Part shown: one piece after another, positions 10,031 to 19,592 of the stretch | Layout: every line of letters begins with the position of its first letter | How positions within the stretch are numbered: position 1 is the first letter of the stretch | Source of the DNA: Gammaproteobacteria bacterium | GTDB lineage: Bacteria; Pseudomonadota; Gammaproteobacteria; SZUA-229 | Assembly (NCBI GenBank): GCA_015488295.1 | Contig: WFOC01000084.1 | Coordinates: 1 to 56,684, forward strand | Direction of reading: 5' to 3' | Length of the DNA: 56,684 bases | Position numbers and translations under genes: made by a program | The notes under the pieces: generated by a model | What the model was told of the DNA's origin: nothing | Database searches by the model: none | The model's input: only the letters and a program-made list of their open reading frames with translations

Positions 10031-11230
10031 ATGTCGACAGATTTTGCACCGATGCCTAATGATAGAGGTTATTTTGGCGAGTATGGCGGTCAGGTTATAC
10101 CGCCTGAACTGAAACAAATCATGGACGACATCAACGATGCCTATGACAAAGTAAGCCAGACCGATGCCTTCCGGCAGGAACTGGCTTCTCTGAATGCCGA
10201 CTACACTGGCCGCCCCAGCCCGATCTATTTCGCCAGCCGACTGACTGAAAAATGCGGCGGCGCTCGCATCTTTTTTAAACGCGAAGACCTCAACCACACC
10301 GGCGCACACAAGATAAATCACTGCCTGGGTGAAGCCCTGCTGGCCAAACATATGGGCAAGACCAAGGTACTGGCAGAGACCGGTGCCGGTCAGCACGGCG
10401 TGGCACTGGCCACCGCCTGCGCACTGGTCGGCATCGACTGTGAAATTCACATGGGTGAGATCGACATCGAAAAAGAACACCCCAATGTAACCAAGATGAA
10501 AATTCTTGGCTGCACACTGGTGCCGGTTTCACGCGGAACCCGCACTCTCAAAGATGCCGTCGACAGTGCTTTTGAAGAATACCTGAAAGATCCTGTTAAC
10601 TTTTTCTATGCCATCGGTTCGGTGGTCGGGCCGCACCCGTTTCCAAAAATGGTGCGCGATTTCCAGAGCATTGTTGGCCATGAAGCCCGTGAACAGTTTC
10701 TGGCAAAGCAGGGAAAACTGCCTGACATCATCACCGCCTGCGTTGGCGGTGGCTCTAATGCCATCGGCCTGTTTACCGCATTTCTCAATGACGACGATGT
10801 CAAACTCGTCGGTGTTGAACCCGCCGGCAAAGGCCTGGATACCAACCAGCACGCTGCGACCCTCACCCTTGGCCGCAAGGGTGCCATCCACGGCTTCGAG
10901 TGTTACAACCTGCAAGATGACGAAGGTAATCCGCTGCCGGTTTATTCCATCGCCTCCGGGCTGGATTACCCCGGTGTCGGCCCGCAACATTGCTACCTCA
11001 AGGATATCGAGCGCGTGCAATACGAAACCGCCGATGATAAAGAGTGCCTTGATGCATTTATGACAATGTCACGACTGGAAGGTATTATTCCTGCACTGGA
11101 AAGTGCTCACGCAATCGCTTATGCTATGAAGACCGCCGCGACCATGGCGGAAGATCAGACCATCCTGGTCAATCTTTCCGGACGCGGAGACAAGGATGCC
11201 GATTTTGTTGCCGAGAAACTGGATCTGTAA
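10031..11230 (+). CDS. trpB: Tryptophan synthase beta chain homologue (PLP enzyme); no trpA adjacent
   Basis: [39 protein letters not shown] and [10 protein letters not shown] motifs. Confidence 0.85.
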   Translation: MSTDFAPMPNDRGYFGEYGGQVIPPELKQIMDDINDAYDKVSQTDAFRQELASLNADYTGRPSPIYFASRLTEKCGGARIFFKREDLNHTGAHKINHCLGEALLAKHMGKTKVLAETGAGQHGVALATACALVGIDCEIHMGEIDIEKEHPNVTKMKILGCTLVPVSRGTRTLKDAVDSAFEEYLKDPVNFFYAIGSVVGPHPFPKMVRDFQSIVGHEAREQFLAKQGKLPDIITACVGGGSNAIGLFTAFLNDDDVKLVGVEPAGKGLDTNQHAATLTLGRKGAIHGFECYNLQDDEGNPLPVYSIASGLDYPGVGPQHCYLKDIERVQYETADDKECLDAFMTMSRLEGIIPALESAHAIAYAMKTAATMAEDQTILVNLSGRGDKDADFVAEKLDL

Positions 11231-11318
11231 ATGGCAGCAACCCGACCGGGGCATTGGAGAAAAGCAGCATAAATACTATGTAAGTAAGACATTTCATTCA
11301 CTTAAAAGGGAAATAAAA

Positions 11319-11837
11319 ATGAAGAAAAACATCTTATTACTATCAACCGCTTTACTGTTTAGCACCTCCGCTCTCGCTGATAACTGGTACATCGATGGCG
11401 GTGCCGGTTTCATCACATTCGATGATGGCACCGACACCTTGTCACCGACAAATATCTACCTGCGTGGCGGTTATCGAGTCAACCAGTATTTTAATGTTGG
11501 CCTGGAATCCAGCACCACGGTTTCCTCCGATCAATTATCAGGCTTCCCCGGGATGGATTTTGATGTTGATGCAGTCACACTTTATGTGCGTGGCGGCATG
11601 CCCGTCACAGAAAGCGTCTGGCTTTATGCACAACTGGGCCGGACAAATACAGAGCTGACCGCTGAGTATTTAGGTGTTCAGGTAAGCGAAGACGATAATG
11701 ACACCATGTATGGTCTTGGTGCTGATGTGGATCTGGGCAGTAAAAACCTTTATCTCGCATTAAATTATTCCATGTACAACAACAACGATGGCGTGGATGT
11801 CACTGCGTTTAATCTCGGTCTGGGCGTTCGCTTCTAG
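11319..11837 (+). CDS. Small outer-membrane beta-barrel protein
   Basis: Start moved to MKKNILLLSTALLFSTSALA (signal peptide). Alternating beta-strand pattern. C-terminal ...GLGVRF. Confidence 0.7.
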   Translation: MKKNILLLSTALLFSTSALADNWYIDGGAGFITFDDGTDTLSPTNIYLRGGYRVNQYFNVGLESSTTVSSDQLSGFPGMDFDVDAVTLYVRGGMPVTESVWLYAQLGRTNTELTAEYLGVQVSEDDNDTMYGLGADVDLGSKNLYLALNYSMYNNNDGVDVTAFNLGLGVRF

Positions 11838-11866
11838 AATAAACCAGGGATAAAAAAACCTGCATT

Positions 11867-11900
11867 AAAAACAACGGCTCCTCAAGGAGCCGTTGTTTTA
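11867..11900 (+). terminator. Intrinsic terminator after the OMP gene
   Basis: aaaacaacggctcc-tcaa-ggagccgttgtttt. Confidence 0.7.
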
Positions 11901-11979
11901 TTATCTTGCCAGACTTTCAAAAAAAACATTTTACAGACGGCACCAGACTTTTATCACCATAAACCGAAGGCAACACAAA

Positions 11980-12396
11980 TTAATGCTGGGCCACCTGAAT
12001 ATTTTTCTGCCAGTAAAAACCACCACCTGTGGCCGCCGCTAGCGACAGAACAAAAACCACGACACCGGTTACCGTTATCTCTGCATTTTCCAGCGTGGGA
12101 TAAAGCATGGCGACGGAAGTGATCAGACCAACAACAAGACCGTGCATCCATATTTTTGCAGTGGCGACCATATCAGCAATATTTGCCGTGATGTAACCAC
12201 CAATAAACATGGTTGCAACAAACAGGGGAATGCCGAGAATATACCGGAACATACCGGCGATCTCATTTAAAAATGGAAGCTCTTTTGCCAGCATGTTATA
12301 ACCAACCGCAACAAAGATATATGCCAGCTGCAACAGCAGCATGACAACAATGATAAACACTATACCGGCTAGAATCGCTTTTATACTTCTCATCAA
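11980..12396 (-). CDS. 4-TM membrane protein, unknown function
   Basis: 138-aa ORF with hydrophobic segments, in line with the two upstream minus-strand genes. Confidence 0.55.
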   Translation of the reverse strand: MMRSIKAILAGIVFIIVVMLLLQLAYIFVAVGYNMLAKELPFLNEIAGMFRYILGIPLFVATMFIGGYITANIADMVATAKIWMHGLVVGLITSVAMLYPTLENAEITVTGVVVFVLSLAAATGGGFYWQKNIQVAQH

Positions 12397-12412
12397 TAAA
12401 ACTCTTAATACA

Positions 12413-12772
12413 TCACAAAAGGGACTGGACTGAACTCGTGCAATAAACCCTGTCCTGCTTCGAAGCTTTTTTCTGCTTCACGCAGCTGGCCCAGTCAGGC
12501 ACGGCTGAAATATGCAGCGTCTGCTCATCGGAAGAAATCAGATAAAAATGCCGGATTTTACTGGCGCTTGAAGCGTGGCCGAATTCAGAAAACTGCAACT
12601 CGCTTTTTATGCAGCGGCTCTCAATCACCGGGATATTTGAGCCTGTAAAAACACCGGCCACCATCGATGCTTTTTGCTGACACTGTTCCAGCGTTTCTGT
12701 ATTTACAAACGACGCATTGATATCACCCGCCCCATTTTGTGTGAGCGTGACCAGCAGAAAGAGTGTCTTCAT
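12413..12772 (-). CDS. Small, probably exported Cys-containing protein, unknown function
   Basis: 119 aa with a hydrophobic N-terminus (MKTLFLLVTL) and 4 Cys. Confidence 0.45.
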   Translation of the reverse strand: MKTLFLLVTLTQNGAGDINASFVNTETLEQCQQKASMVAGVFTGSNIPVIESRCIKSELQFSEFGHASSASKIRHFYLISSDEQTLHISAVPDWASCVKQKKASKQDRVYCTSSVQSLL

Positions 12773-12813
12773 CTTTTCCTGACATACACCAGCATTCAGA
12801 TTAAAACAGAACG

Positions 12814-13398
12814 TTATTTCACACCTCTTTCAATCAGATAACTGCTGTACTCCTTATCCGTGCCATTGATATGTTTGATCAGCCAGACCTTGAGAAATTC
12901 AACCGCATTACTCATCGCCGAATCCTGATCATGCTGGTACTCTGATAAAACCTCTTCCACTTTTTTGAACATCTTTTCGTGCTGCACCTTATGATCTTCA
13001 TACCCCGGATAGCCATTGTCGCGCAGCAGGCCTTCCTCATACGTAAAATGCGTTTTGGTGTAGTCAACTAATTCATCCAGCGCTTCCTGTTCGAATTCCC
13101 TGCTGGTCGAATAATCTATCGCTGTTTGCAGCTGGTTGATCAGATTGATCAGTTTTTTATGTTGCTGATCGATGGAATCGATGCCAACACTGTAATCATC
13201 TTTCCATTCGAGATACTGCTCCGATGACCATTTTTTATGCAGAAAGGGAATGAACAGCAGCATTGCTATCAACGCCCATGTGACCGGGCTCGATGGGTTC
13301 ACCAGTAACCCCAGTATAGCGCCGATGATCAACGTCAGAATAAGCAGTGATACACCGAACATACACATTTTTTTATTCTGGCACATCGTTTTTCTCAT
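12814..13398 (-). CDS. Membrane-anchored hemerythrin-like (bacteriohemerythrin) domain protein
   Basis: Two N-terminal TM segments, then WKDDYSVGIDSIDQQHKKLINLINQL ... HF..EE ... H..H.. pattern of hemerythrin. Confidence 0.75.
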   Translation of the reverse strand: MRKTMCQNKKMCMFGVSLLILTLIIGAILGLLVNPSSPVTWALIAMLLFIPFLHKKWSSEQYLEWKDDYSVGIDSIDQQHKKLINLINQLQTAIDYSTSREFEQEALDELVDYTKTHFTYEEGLLRDNGYPGYEDHKVQHEKMFKKVEEVLSEYQHDQDSAMSNAVEFLKVWLIKHINGTDKEYSSYLIERGVK

Positions 13399-13504
13399 AA
13401 GATTTATTCCTTATAAAGTGTTTCATCAAAAGCAGTATCTGGACTGATCCCATACTACTATGAAATGGATGCCTCATTGTAGACGCAAGCGAATGCAAAC
13501 CAAA

Positions 13505-13518
13505 ATGATCTGTATCAA
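13505..13518. promoter_or_regulatory. FNR/DNR-type box aTGATctgtATCAA
   Basis: About 107 nt upstream of the minus-strand hemerythrin operon start at 13398. Confidence 0.45.
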
Positions 13519-13655
13519 ATCCATTGTAAAAAACAGAAAACAGTAAAAATCTGACAAAAATAGTCTGATAGCAGACTGCTCCTGCATTTTCAGCGATTTA
13601 GTAACAGCTGAAATCACTCGCTATTCCGCCGCCAGAAAAACTACATCTGCATAGC

Positions 13656-13669
13656 TTGACCTAAATCAA
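13656..13669. promoter_or_regulatory. FNR/DNR-type box TTGACctaaATCAA upstream of nirE
   Basis: Its centre is about 108 nt upstream of the nirE ATG. Confidence 0.6.
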
Positions 13670-13770
13670 TGACATATAAGCCCGGGCAATTCAATATCAT
13701 CGACACCTGAACCTTTTTGACGCAGGTGTAAAAACTCTTCAAAAAGCAATAACAAACGAGGCAGTTATTG

Positions 13771-14580
13771 ATGAATTCCAAAGGCTTTGTATCCTTAGTT
13801 GGCGCCGGCCCCGGTGATGCAGAACTAATGACAGTAAAAGCGGTACGCCTGCTGCAGCAGGCCGACGCGGTGGTTTATGACCGCCTGGTATCTGACCAGA
13901 TTCTCAGCCTTATTCCCACCGGTGTCAGCCGTATTTCGGTCGGCAAGGAAGTTGGCAAACACTGTGTACCCCAGGAGCAGATCAACGAAATCATCATCAA
14001 TCTGGCTAAATCCGGCCGCAGAATCGTGCGCCTCAAAGGTGGCGACCCCTATATGTTCGGCCGTGGTGGTGAAGAAATACTGGCCCTCAGAAAACACCAC
14101 ATTGATTTCGAAGTTGTTCCCGGTATTACCGCCGCCTCCGGCTGCAGCACTTACAGCGGCATTCCGCTGACGCATCGCGGCATAAGCCGCCGGGTGCAGT
14201 TTATCACCGGCCACTTCAACAATAACGAGCCGCTGGATCTGAACTGGCAGTCCATCGCCGATCCGGATTCAACGCTGGTTATTTACATGGGTTTGTCTAA
14301 TCTGCCGCTGGCAGTGCATTCATTAATTGATGCCGGGCTTCCCGCTTCAACACCTGCAGCCGCAATTCAAAACGGCACGACCCCCTCTCAGCAGCGACTG
14401 ATTACCACACTCGACCAGCTAAACGATGCCATACACCAGCAACGCATGAAAGCACCGGTGATGATCATCATCGGCGAAGTGGTCTCGCTGGCGGATGAAC
14501 TTGACTGGTTTCAGCAATCTTTGGAGCAGCAGGAAAACCGTTCTGAAGAAGAACAGCTGCGTAAGAAAAATGCGCGTTAA
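13771..14580 (+). CDS. nirE: Uroporphyrinogen-III C-methyltransferase (SUMT), haem d1 pathway NirE
   Basis: VSLVGAGPGDAELMT and GGDPYMFGRGGEE motifs. The ATG at 13771 has acgagg 10 nt upstream. Confidence 0.85.
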   Translation: MNSKGFVSLVGAGPGDAELMTVKAVRLLQQADAVVYDRLVSDQILSLIPTGVSRISVGKEVGKHCVPQEQINEIIINLAKSGRRIVRLKGGDPYMFGRGGEEILALRKHHIDFEVVPGITAASGCSTYSGIPLTHRGISRRVQFITGHFNNNEPLDLNWQSIADPDSTLVIYMGLSNLPLAVHSLIDAGLPASTPAAAIQNGTTPSQQRLITTLDQLNDAIHQQRMKAPVMIIIGEVVSLADELDWFQQSLEQQENRSEEEQLRKKNAR

Positions 14581-14947
14581 CATTTCTTTTTCAGGCCGCA
14601 TGCTGACGATTGTGATCGCCATACTATCCTCACAACCCGTGCTGGCTGACACAACAGTTTCAGGCATTGACGAAAAACGTCAGAACGAACTGCTATATTT
14701 CGTCAAACACGATTGCGGTTCCTGCCACGGCATGACGTTAAAAGGCGGCCTTGGCCCCGCCCTGCTACCCAAAACGCTGGGCGGCAAACCCAAAGCCTTT
14801 CTCGTCACCACTATTTTAGAAGGCCGCAAAAACACCGCTATGCCACCGTGGAAACCCATGCTTAGTCACGATGATGCCTCATGGATCGTCGAACAGCTAC
14901 AAAACGGCAGCATCCCGCAAACCCAGCTGGCCAAAGGTGCACAGTAA
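14570..14947 (+). CDS. nirC: Periplasmic monohaem cytochrome c (NirC / c55X-like)
   Basis: Signal-like N-terminus and a CGSCHG motif. The start overlaps the nirE end; the exact start is uncertain. Confidence 0.75.
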   Translation: MRVNISFSGRMLTIVIAILSSQPVLADTTVSGIDEKRQNELLYFVKHDCGSCHGMTLKGGLGPALLPKTLGGKPKAFLVTTILEGRKNTAMPPWKPMLSHDDASWIVEQLQNGSIPQTQLAKGAQ

Positions 14948-16110
14948 TGTTTCGTTCACTCCTGCTGCTCGCCGCTTTACTGATTTCCCAGAATGTTGCT
15001 GCCCGTGGCACCGGCGACCTCGGCATTGTCATCGAACGCGCTGACGGCAGCGTGCAGATAGTCGAGACCAGCAACAACACCAGCCTCGGGCGTATCGAAG
15101 GTCTGGGCGATCTGTCACATGCCTCCGCTGTATTTTCCCGCGACGAGCAGTTCGCCTATGTTTTCGGCCGCGATGGTGGTCTGAGCAAAATTGATATTCT
15201 CAACAAAAAGCTTGTCAACCGCGTAATGCAATCAGGCAACAGCATCGGCGGCGCGATTTCACAGGACGGTCGTCTGGTCGCTGTTTCTAATTACAAACCC
15301 GGCGGCGTGAAAATTTTTGATGCCGAAACCCTGAAACTGGTTGCTGATATTCCGGCGACCTACGGCAATCATGGTCAGCAGTCCAAAGTCATCGGCCTGG
15401 TAGACGCACCCGGTCAGAAATTTGTTTTCAGCCTGTGGGATGCCGGCGAAATCTGGGTGGTTGACATGTCCGATGTCAGTAACCCCGAAATAAGAAAATT
15501 CAAAAACGTCGGCCAGAATCCCTACGATGCCCTGATTACACCCGACGGCCGTTATTACATCGCCGGCCTGTTCGGTGAAGATGGCATGGTCCTGCTGGAT
15601 TTATGGAATATGGAAAAAGGTATCAAACGTATTCTTGACGGTTATGGCAAGGGTGAGAAAAAGCTGCCGGTCTATAAAATGCCACACCTCGAAGGCTGGG
15701 CCGTTGCCGGACACTTTGCTTTTGTCCCTGCTGTCGGTCACCACGAAGTGCTGGTCATCGACATGCTGAACTGGCGCGAAGTCGGTCGCATCCCGGTACA
15801 CGGCCAGCCGATTTTTGTCATGGCACAGCCCGATGGCCGCCACGTCTGGGTAAACTTCGCCGTGCCGAACAACGACACTTTGCAGGTGATCGATACCCAG
15901 TCATTAAAAATCATCAAAACACTAACCCCCGGTAAAGGCGTATTACACATGGAATTTGAACCACGCGGCGGCGAAGTGTGGGCATCGGTGCGCGACGAAG
16001 ACCGCATCGCGGTTTTTGATACAGACAGTTTCAAACAACTAACAACATTCGCTGCAAAAAAACCCAGCGGCATTTTCTTTACCTCACGCGCACATCGCAC
16101 AGGTTTATAG
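14947..16110 (+). CDS. nirF: NirF, cd1-nitrite-reductase-like beta-propeller protein of haem d1 biosynthesis
   Basis: TAATG overlap with nirC, signal peptide MFRSLLLLAALLISQNVAA, propeller-like repeats, and position in the nir cluster. Confidence 0.85.
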   Translation: MFRSLLLLAALLISQNVAARGTGDLGIVIERADGSVQIVETSNNTSLGRIEGLGDLSHASAVFSRDEQFAYVFGRDGGLSKIDILNKKLVNRVMQSGNSIGGAISQDGRLVAVSNYKPGGVKIFDAETLKLVADIPATYGNHGQQSKVIGLVDAPGQKFVFSLWDAGEIWVVDMSDVSNPEIRKFKNVGQNPYDALITPDGRYYIAGLFGEDGMVLLDLWNMEKGIKRILDGYGKGEKKLPVYKMPHLEGWAVAGHFAFVPAVGHHEVLVIDMLNWREVGRIPVHGQPIFVMAQPDGRHVWVNFAVPNNDTLQVIDTQSLKIIKTLTPGKGVLHMEFEPRGGEVWASVRDEDRIAVFDTDSFKQLTTFAAKKPSGIFFTSRAHRTGL

Positions 16111-16121
16111 CAGGTTAAAAC

Positions 16122-16613
16122 ATGGCTGACCCAATCAAAAATTCAATCAACGATTTCACCCCGCTGGAACAGCACTTGCTAAACGACTACCAGCACGACA
16201 TGTCGCTGTCGGCCACACCTTACGCCGACATGGCACAACGCCTGAACGTAAGCGAAGAAGAAGTTTTACAGTGCCTGCAGTCATTGCAGGACCGCGGCGT
16301 GATCAGTCGCATCGGCCCGGTATTCAGCCCCAACCGCATCGGTGTCAGCACACTGGCGGCAATGGCGGTGCCCGAGCAGGATCTGGAATGCGTGGCACGC
16401 ATCATCAGCGCCTTCCCGGAGGTAAACCACAACTACCAGCGTGAACACGACTACAACCTGTGGTTTGTAGTCACCGCCTCCAGCGCCGAGCATCTCGACA
16501 TTGTGTTACACGAAATTGAACAGCACGCCGAATACCCGTTAATGTCGCTGCCGATGCTGGACGACTATTTCATCGACCTGGGTTTTAAACTAAAAACACA
16601 CGCACACAAGTGA
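16122..16613 (+). CDS. nirD: Sirohaem decarboxylase subunit (Lrp/AsnC-like), NirD-type
   Basis: AsnC-like HTH plus the ...NHNYQREHDYNLWFV motif shared with the next two ORFs. Confidence 0.8.
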   Translation: MADPIKNSINDFTPLEQHLLNDYQHDMSLSATPYADMAQRLNVSEEEVLQCLQSLQDRGVISRIGPVFSPNRIGVSTLAAMAVPEQDLECVARIISAFPEVNHNYQREHDYNLWFVVTASSAEHLDIVLHEIEQHAEYPLMSLPMLDDYFIDLGFKLKTHAHK

Positions 16614-16623
16614 GCGCACAATC

Positions 16624-17208
16624 ATGAACATGGCCGAACTAAACAAACAGGTATTACAGATAACCACGGAAGACCGCGCACTGATTAAAGCCGTGCAGCG
16701 TGGCCTGCCCATCTGCAGCCGGCCTTACGCCGAAATCGCAAAGCAGCTGGATACCACCGAGCAGGATGTCATCTCGCGCCTGCAACTGCTGATGGATAAA
16801 GGTGCCATCAAACGTTACGGCGTGGTGGTGCGCCACAAAGAGCTGGGCTACACCGCCAACGGCATGGTGGTGTGGGATATTCCCGATGACAAGGTCGACG
16901 AAATCGGCATATGCATCGGCAAATATTCCAGCGTCACCCTCAGCTATCGCCGCCCTCGCCGCCTGCCCGAATGGTCGTACAACCTGTTCACCATGATCCA
17001 CGGCAGCAGCCGTGAAGAAGTCAAACAAAAGGTCGAAGAGATCGTCGCCAGCTGCGGCCTGCAGGATGTCAAACACACCATTCTGTTCAGCACACGACGC
17101 TTTAAACAGCGTGGCGCAAGTTATTCTGCCGAACAGGCCCCCGCTAAAAAAGCCGCCAAATTACACCTGATAAAAAACACCGGCAAACAGAAAACACCGG
17201 CAAACTAA
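16624..17208 (+). CDS. nirL: Sirohaem decarboxylase subunit, NirL-type
   Basis: Paralogous to NirD-type proteins (SYRRPRRLPEWSYNLFTMIHG). Has a basic C-terminal tail. Confidence 0.8.
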   Translation: MNMAELNKQVLQITTEDRALIKAVQRGLPICSRPYAEIAKQLDTTEQDVISRLQLLMDKGAIKRYGVVVRHKELGYTANGMVVWDIPDDKVDEIGICIGKYSSVTLSYRRPRRLPEWSYNLFTMIHGSSREEVKQKVEEIVASCGLQDVKHTILFSTRRFKQRGASYSAEQAPAKKAAKLHLIKNTGKQKTPAN

Positions 17209-17212
17209 GTCG

Positions 17213-18229
17213 ATGAAACCCTCAGAGACAACACTGTCAGCACTGGAGCGCGACTTCATCAATAACTTCCAGGGAAATTTCCCGTTGCAGGAACGCCCCT
17301 TCGAAGCCATTGCTGCGCAGCTCGATAGCAGTGAAGACACGCTGATCGAAACCGTAAAAAATTTAAAGAAGAAAAAACTGCTGACCCGTTTCGGGCCACT
17401 GTATGACGCAGCCCGTCTCGGCGGCGGCTTAACCCTGGCGGCCATGGTCGTACCAGAAGATCGCTACACAATTATTACTGAGCTGGTCAACACCTACCCG
17501 CAGGTGGCACACAATTACCGGCGTGAACACGAATTAAATATGTGGTTTGTAATCGCCACAGAAACCCCGGTGGAAGTGGTGCAGGTCATTTCATCAATCG
17601 AAAAAACCACGCGCCTCACAGTGTACAACTTTCCCAAACAACAGGAGTTTTACATCGGCCTGTGGCTGCACCTGTCCGACGATGGCAAACACAGCACGGT
17701 GCCAGTGCCGGCTTCTGCCGACCAGCAAAACGACCATGTCGACAATAACTATCAGCTCGACAGCATCGACCGTAAACTGATCAGCGTTACCCAGTCGGGT
17801 TTTTCTATCGAACCCTGCCCGTATCAGAACATCGCCAACAACATCGGCATCAGCCAGACCGAAGTAATACAGCGCCTGAAAAAATTATTATCACAAAGCA
17901 TCATCCGCCGCATCGGCGCAGTGCCAAACCATTACAAACTCGGCCTGACCGCCAACGGCATGACAGTGTGGGATGTCAACGATGCTAAAATTGAAAAGCT
18001 GGGCAAGCTCATCGGCCAGCTGGATTTTGTCAGCCACTGCTATCAGCGCCCGCGCCACCTGCCCATGTGGTCATACAATATGTTTGCCATGGTGCACGGT
18101 GCCAGCAAAGATGAAGTTGATGAAAAAGTAAAACATATCGAACAACTACTCGGCAAAGACTGTAAAGCGCATGAAACGTTATTCAGCTCTGCCATCCTGA
18201 AAAAAACCGGCCTGCGACTCGCCGCCTGA
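17213..18229 (+). CDS. Fused NirG-NirH sirohaem decarboxylase subunits
   Basis: 338 aa with two tandem copies of the AsnC-like module (AHNYRREHELNMWFV ... HCYQRPRHLPMWSYNMFAMVHG). Confidence 0.8.
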   Translation: MKPSETTLSALERDFINNFQGNFPLQERPFEAIAAQLDSSEDTLIETVKNLKKKKLLTRFGPLYDAARLGGGLTLAAMVVPEDRYTIITELVNTYPQVAHNYRREHELNMWFVIATETPVEVVQVISSIEKTTRLTVYNFPKQQEFYIGLWLHLSDDGKHSTVPVPASADQQNDHVDNNYQLDSIDRKLISVTQSGFSIEPCPYQNIANNIGISQTEVIQRLKKLLSQSIIRRIGAVPNHYKLGLTANGMTVWDVNDAKIEKLGKLIGQLDFVSHCYQRPRHLPMWSYNMFAMVHGASKDEVDEKVKHIEQLLGKDCKAHETLFSSAILKKTGLRLAA

Positions 18230-18246
18230 CAAGCAGAAAAAATACT

Positions 18247-19494
18247 ATGTTCCGATTAAGCCAATATCTGCACGCCCTGAAAGCCGAGCCACAGAAAAAA
18301 CCGACACGGCCAGTCGGTTCTGCCGTACGCAAAACCACCGGCCCGGTGGTCATCTGGAATTTAATACGGCGCTGCAATCTGACCTGCAAACATTGTTATG
18401 CCACCTCGGCGGACAAAGATTTTCCCGGCGAGCTGAACACCGAAAAAGTTTTTGAAGTGATGGACGACCTGAAAGACTTCGGCGTACCGGTGCTTATTTT
18501 ATCCGGCGGCGAACCCTTGATGCGCCCGGATATTTTCGAGCTGTCACACCACGCCAAAGACATGGGCTTTTATGTCGGCCTGTCATCCAACGGCACGCTG
18601 ATCACCGAAGACAATATTCAGGACATCGTTGATGTCGGTTACAACTATGTCGGCATCAGCATCGACGGCATGCGCGAGACCCACGACAAATTCCGCCGCA
18701 AACAGGGTTCTTACGATGAAGCCCTGCGCGGCATCCGCCTGTGCCGCGATGCCGGCATCAAGGTCGGCCTGCGTTTCACCCTGACCCAGGACAACAAACA
18801 GGATCTGCCCGCGCTACTGCAACTGATGGACGATGAAGGCATCGACAAGTTCTACCTGTCACACCTGAACTACGCCGGGCGCGGCAATAAAAATCGCGGC
18901 GATGACCTGCATCACCAGATGACACGCGCGGCCATGGACCTGTTATTTGAGACCTGCTGGAACGATGTATTAAGCGGTAAAAAGCGCGAGTTCGTCACCG
19001 GCAACAACGATGCCGACGGCGTTTATCTGTTGCTGTGGGCGCAAAAGAATCTGCCGCAATACGCCAGCAAGATTCAGATGATGCTGAACAACTGGGGCGG
19101 CAACGCCTCCGGTGTCAACATCTCCAACATCGACAACCTCGGCAACGTACACCCGGATACCATGTGGTGGGATTACACCATCGGCAACGTCAAGGAAGCA
19201 AAATTTTCTGACATCTGGATGGATACCTCCGACCCGTTGATGGCCGGCCTGAAACTGAAAGCACGCCCCGTGGAAGGACGCTGCGCCAGCTGCCAGCACA
19301 TCAACATCTGCGGCGGTAACTCGCGCACCCGCGCCTGGTCGTTGAGCGGAAACTTCTGGGCAGAAGACCCCGGCTGTTATCTGGAGAACAGTGAGATCGG
19401 CGTGGATGATCTGCAGGACCGCCTTGAAGTCACGCCCTGGTCACGCAAAAAAGCACACACTGTCACCATGCCACAGGTAAAAATATCAAGATAA
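18247..19494 (+). CDS. nirJ: Radical SAM protein NirJ (haem d1 biosynthesis)
   Basis: CNLTCKHCY radical-SAM cluster motif and a C-terminal Cys-rich SPASM-like region (CASCQHINICGG). Confidence 0.9.
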   Translation: MFRLSQYLHALKAEPQKKPTRPVGSAVRKTTGPVVIWNLIRRCNLTCKHCYATSADKDFPGELNTEKVFEVMDDLKDFGVPVLILSGGEPLMRPDIFELSHHAKDMGFYVGLSSNGTLITEDNIQDIVDVGYNYVGISIDGMRETHDKFRRKQGSYDEALRGIRLCRDAGIKVGLRFTLTQDNKQDLPALLQLMDDEGIDKFYLSHLNYAGRGNKNRGDDLHHQMTRAAMDLLFETCWNDVLSGKKREFVTGNNDADGVYLLLWAQKNLPQYASKIQMMLNNWGGNASGVNISNIDNLGNVHPDTMWWDYTIGNVKEAKFSDIWMDTSDPLMAGLKLKARPVEGRCASCQHINICGGNSRTRAWSLSGNFWAEDPGCYLENSEIGVDDLQDRLEVTPWSRKKAHTVTMPQVKISR

Positions 19495-19592
19495 TTTTTA
19501 CCTGTCTTCCCTGCTCACTATTAGCTGTTCACTATTAACTTTAGTAAGTATAATTCCGTGCCAACCCGAAACAATAATAAAATCTTGCTAAC

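Noticed and set aside
9944-10480. 178-aa minus-strand ORF
   Set aside because: It overlaps the trpB 5' half in antisense and has no motif.
13771-19494. Reading the absence of nirS as loss of nitrite reductase
   Set aside because: The observation is limited to this window. nirS may be elsewhere, so no physiological conclusion can be drawn.
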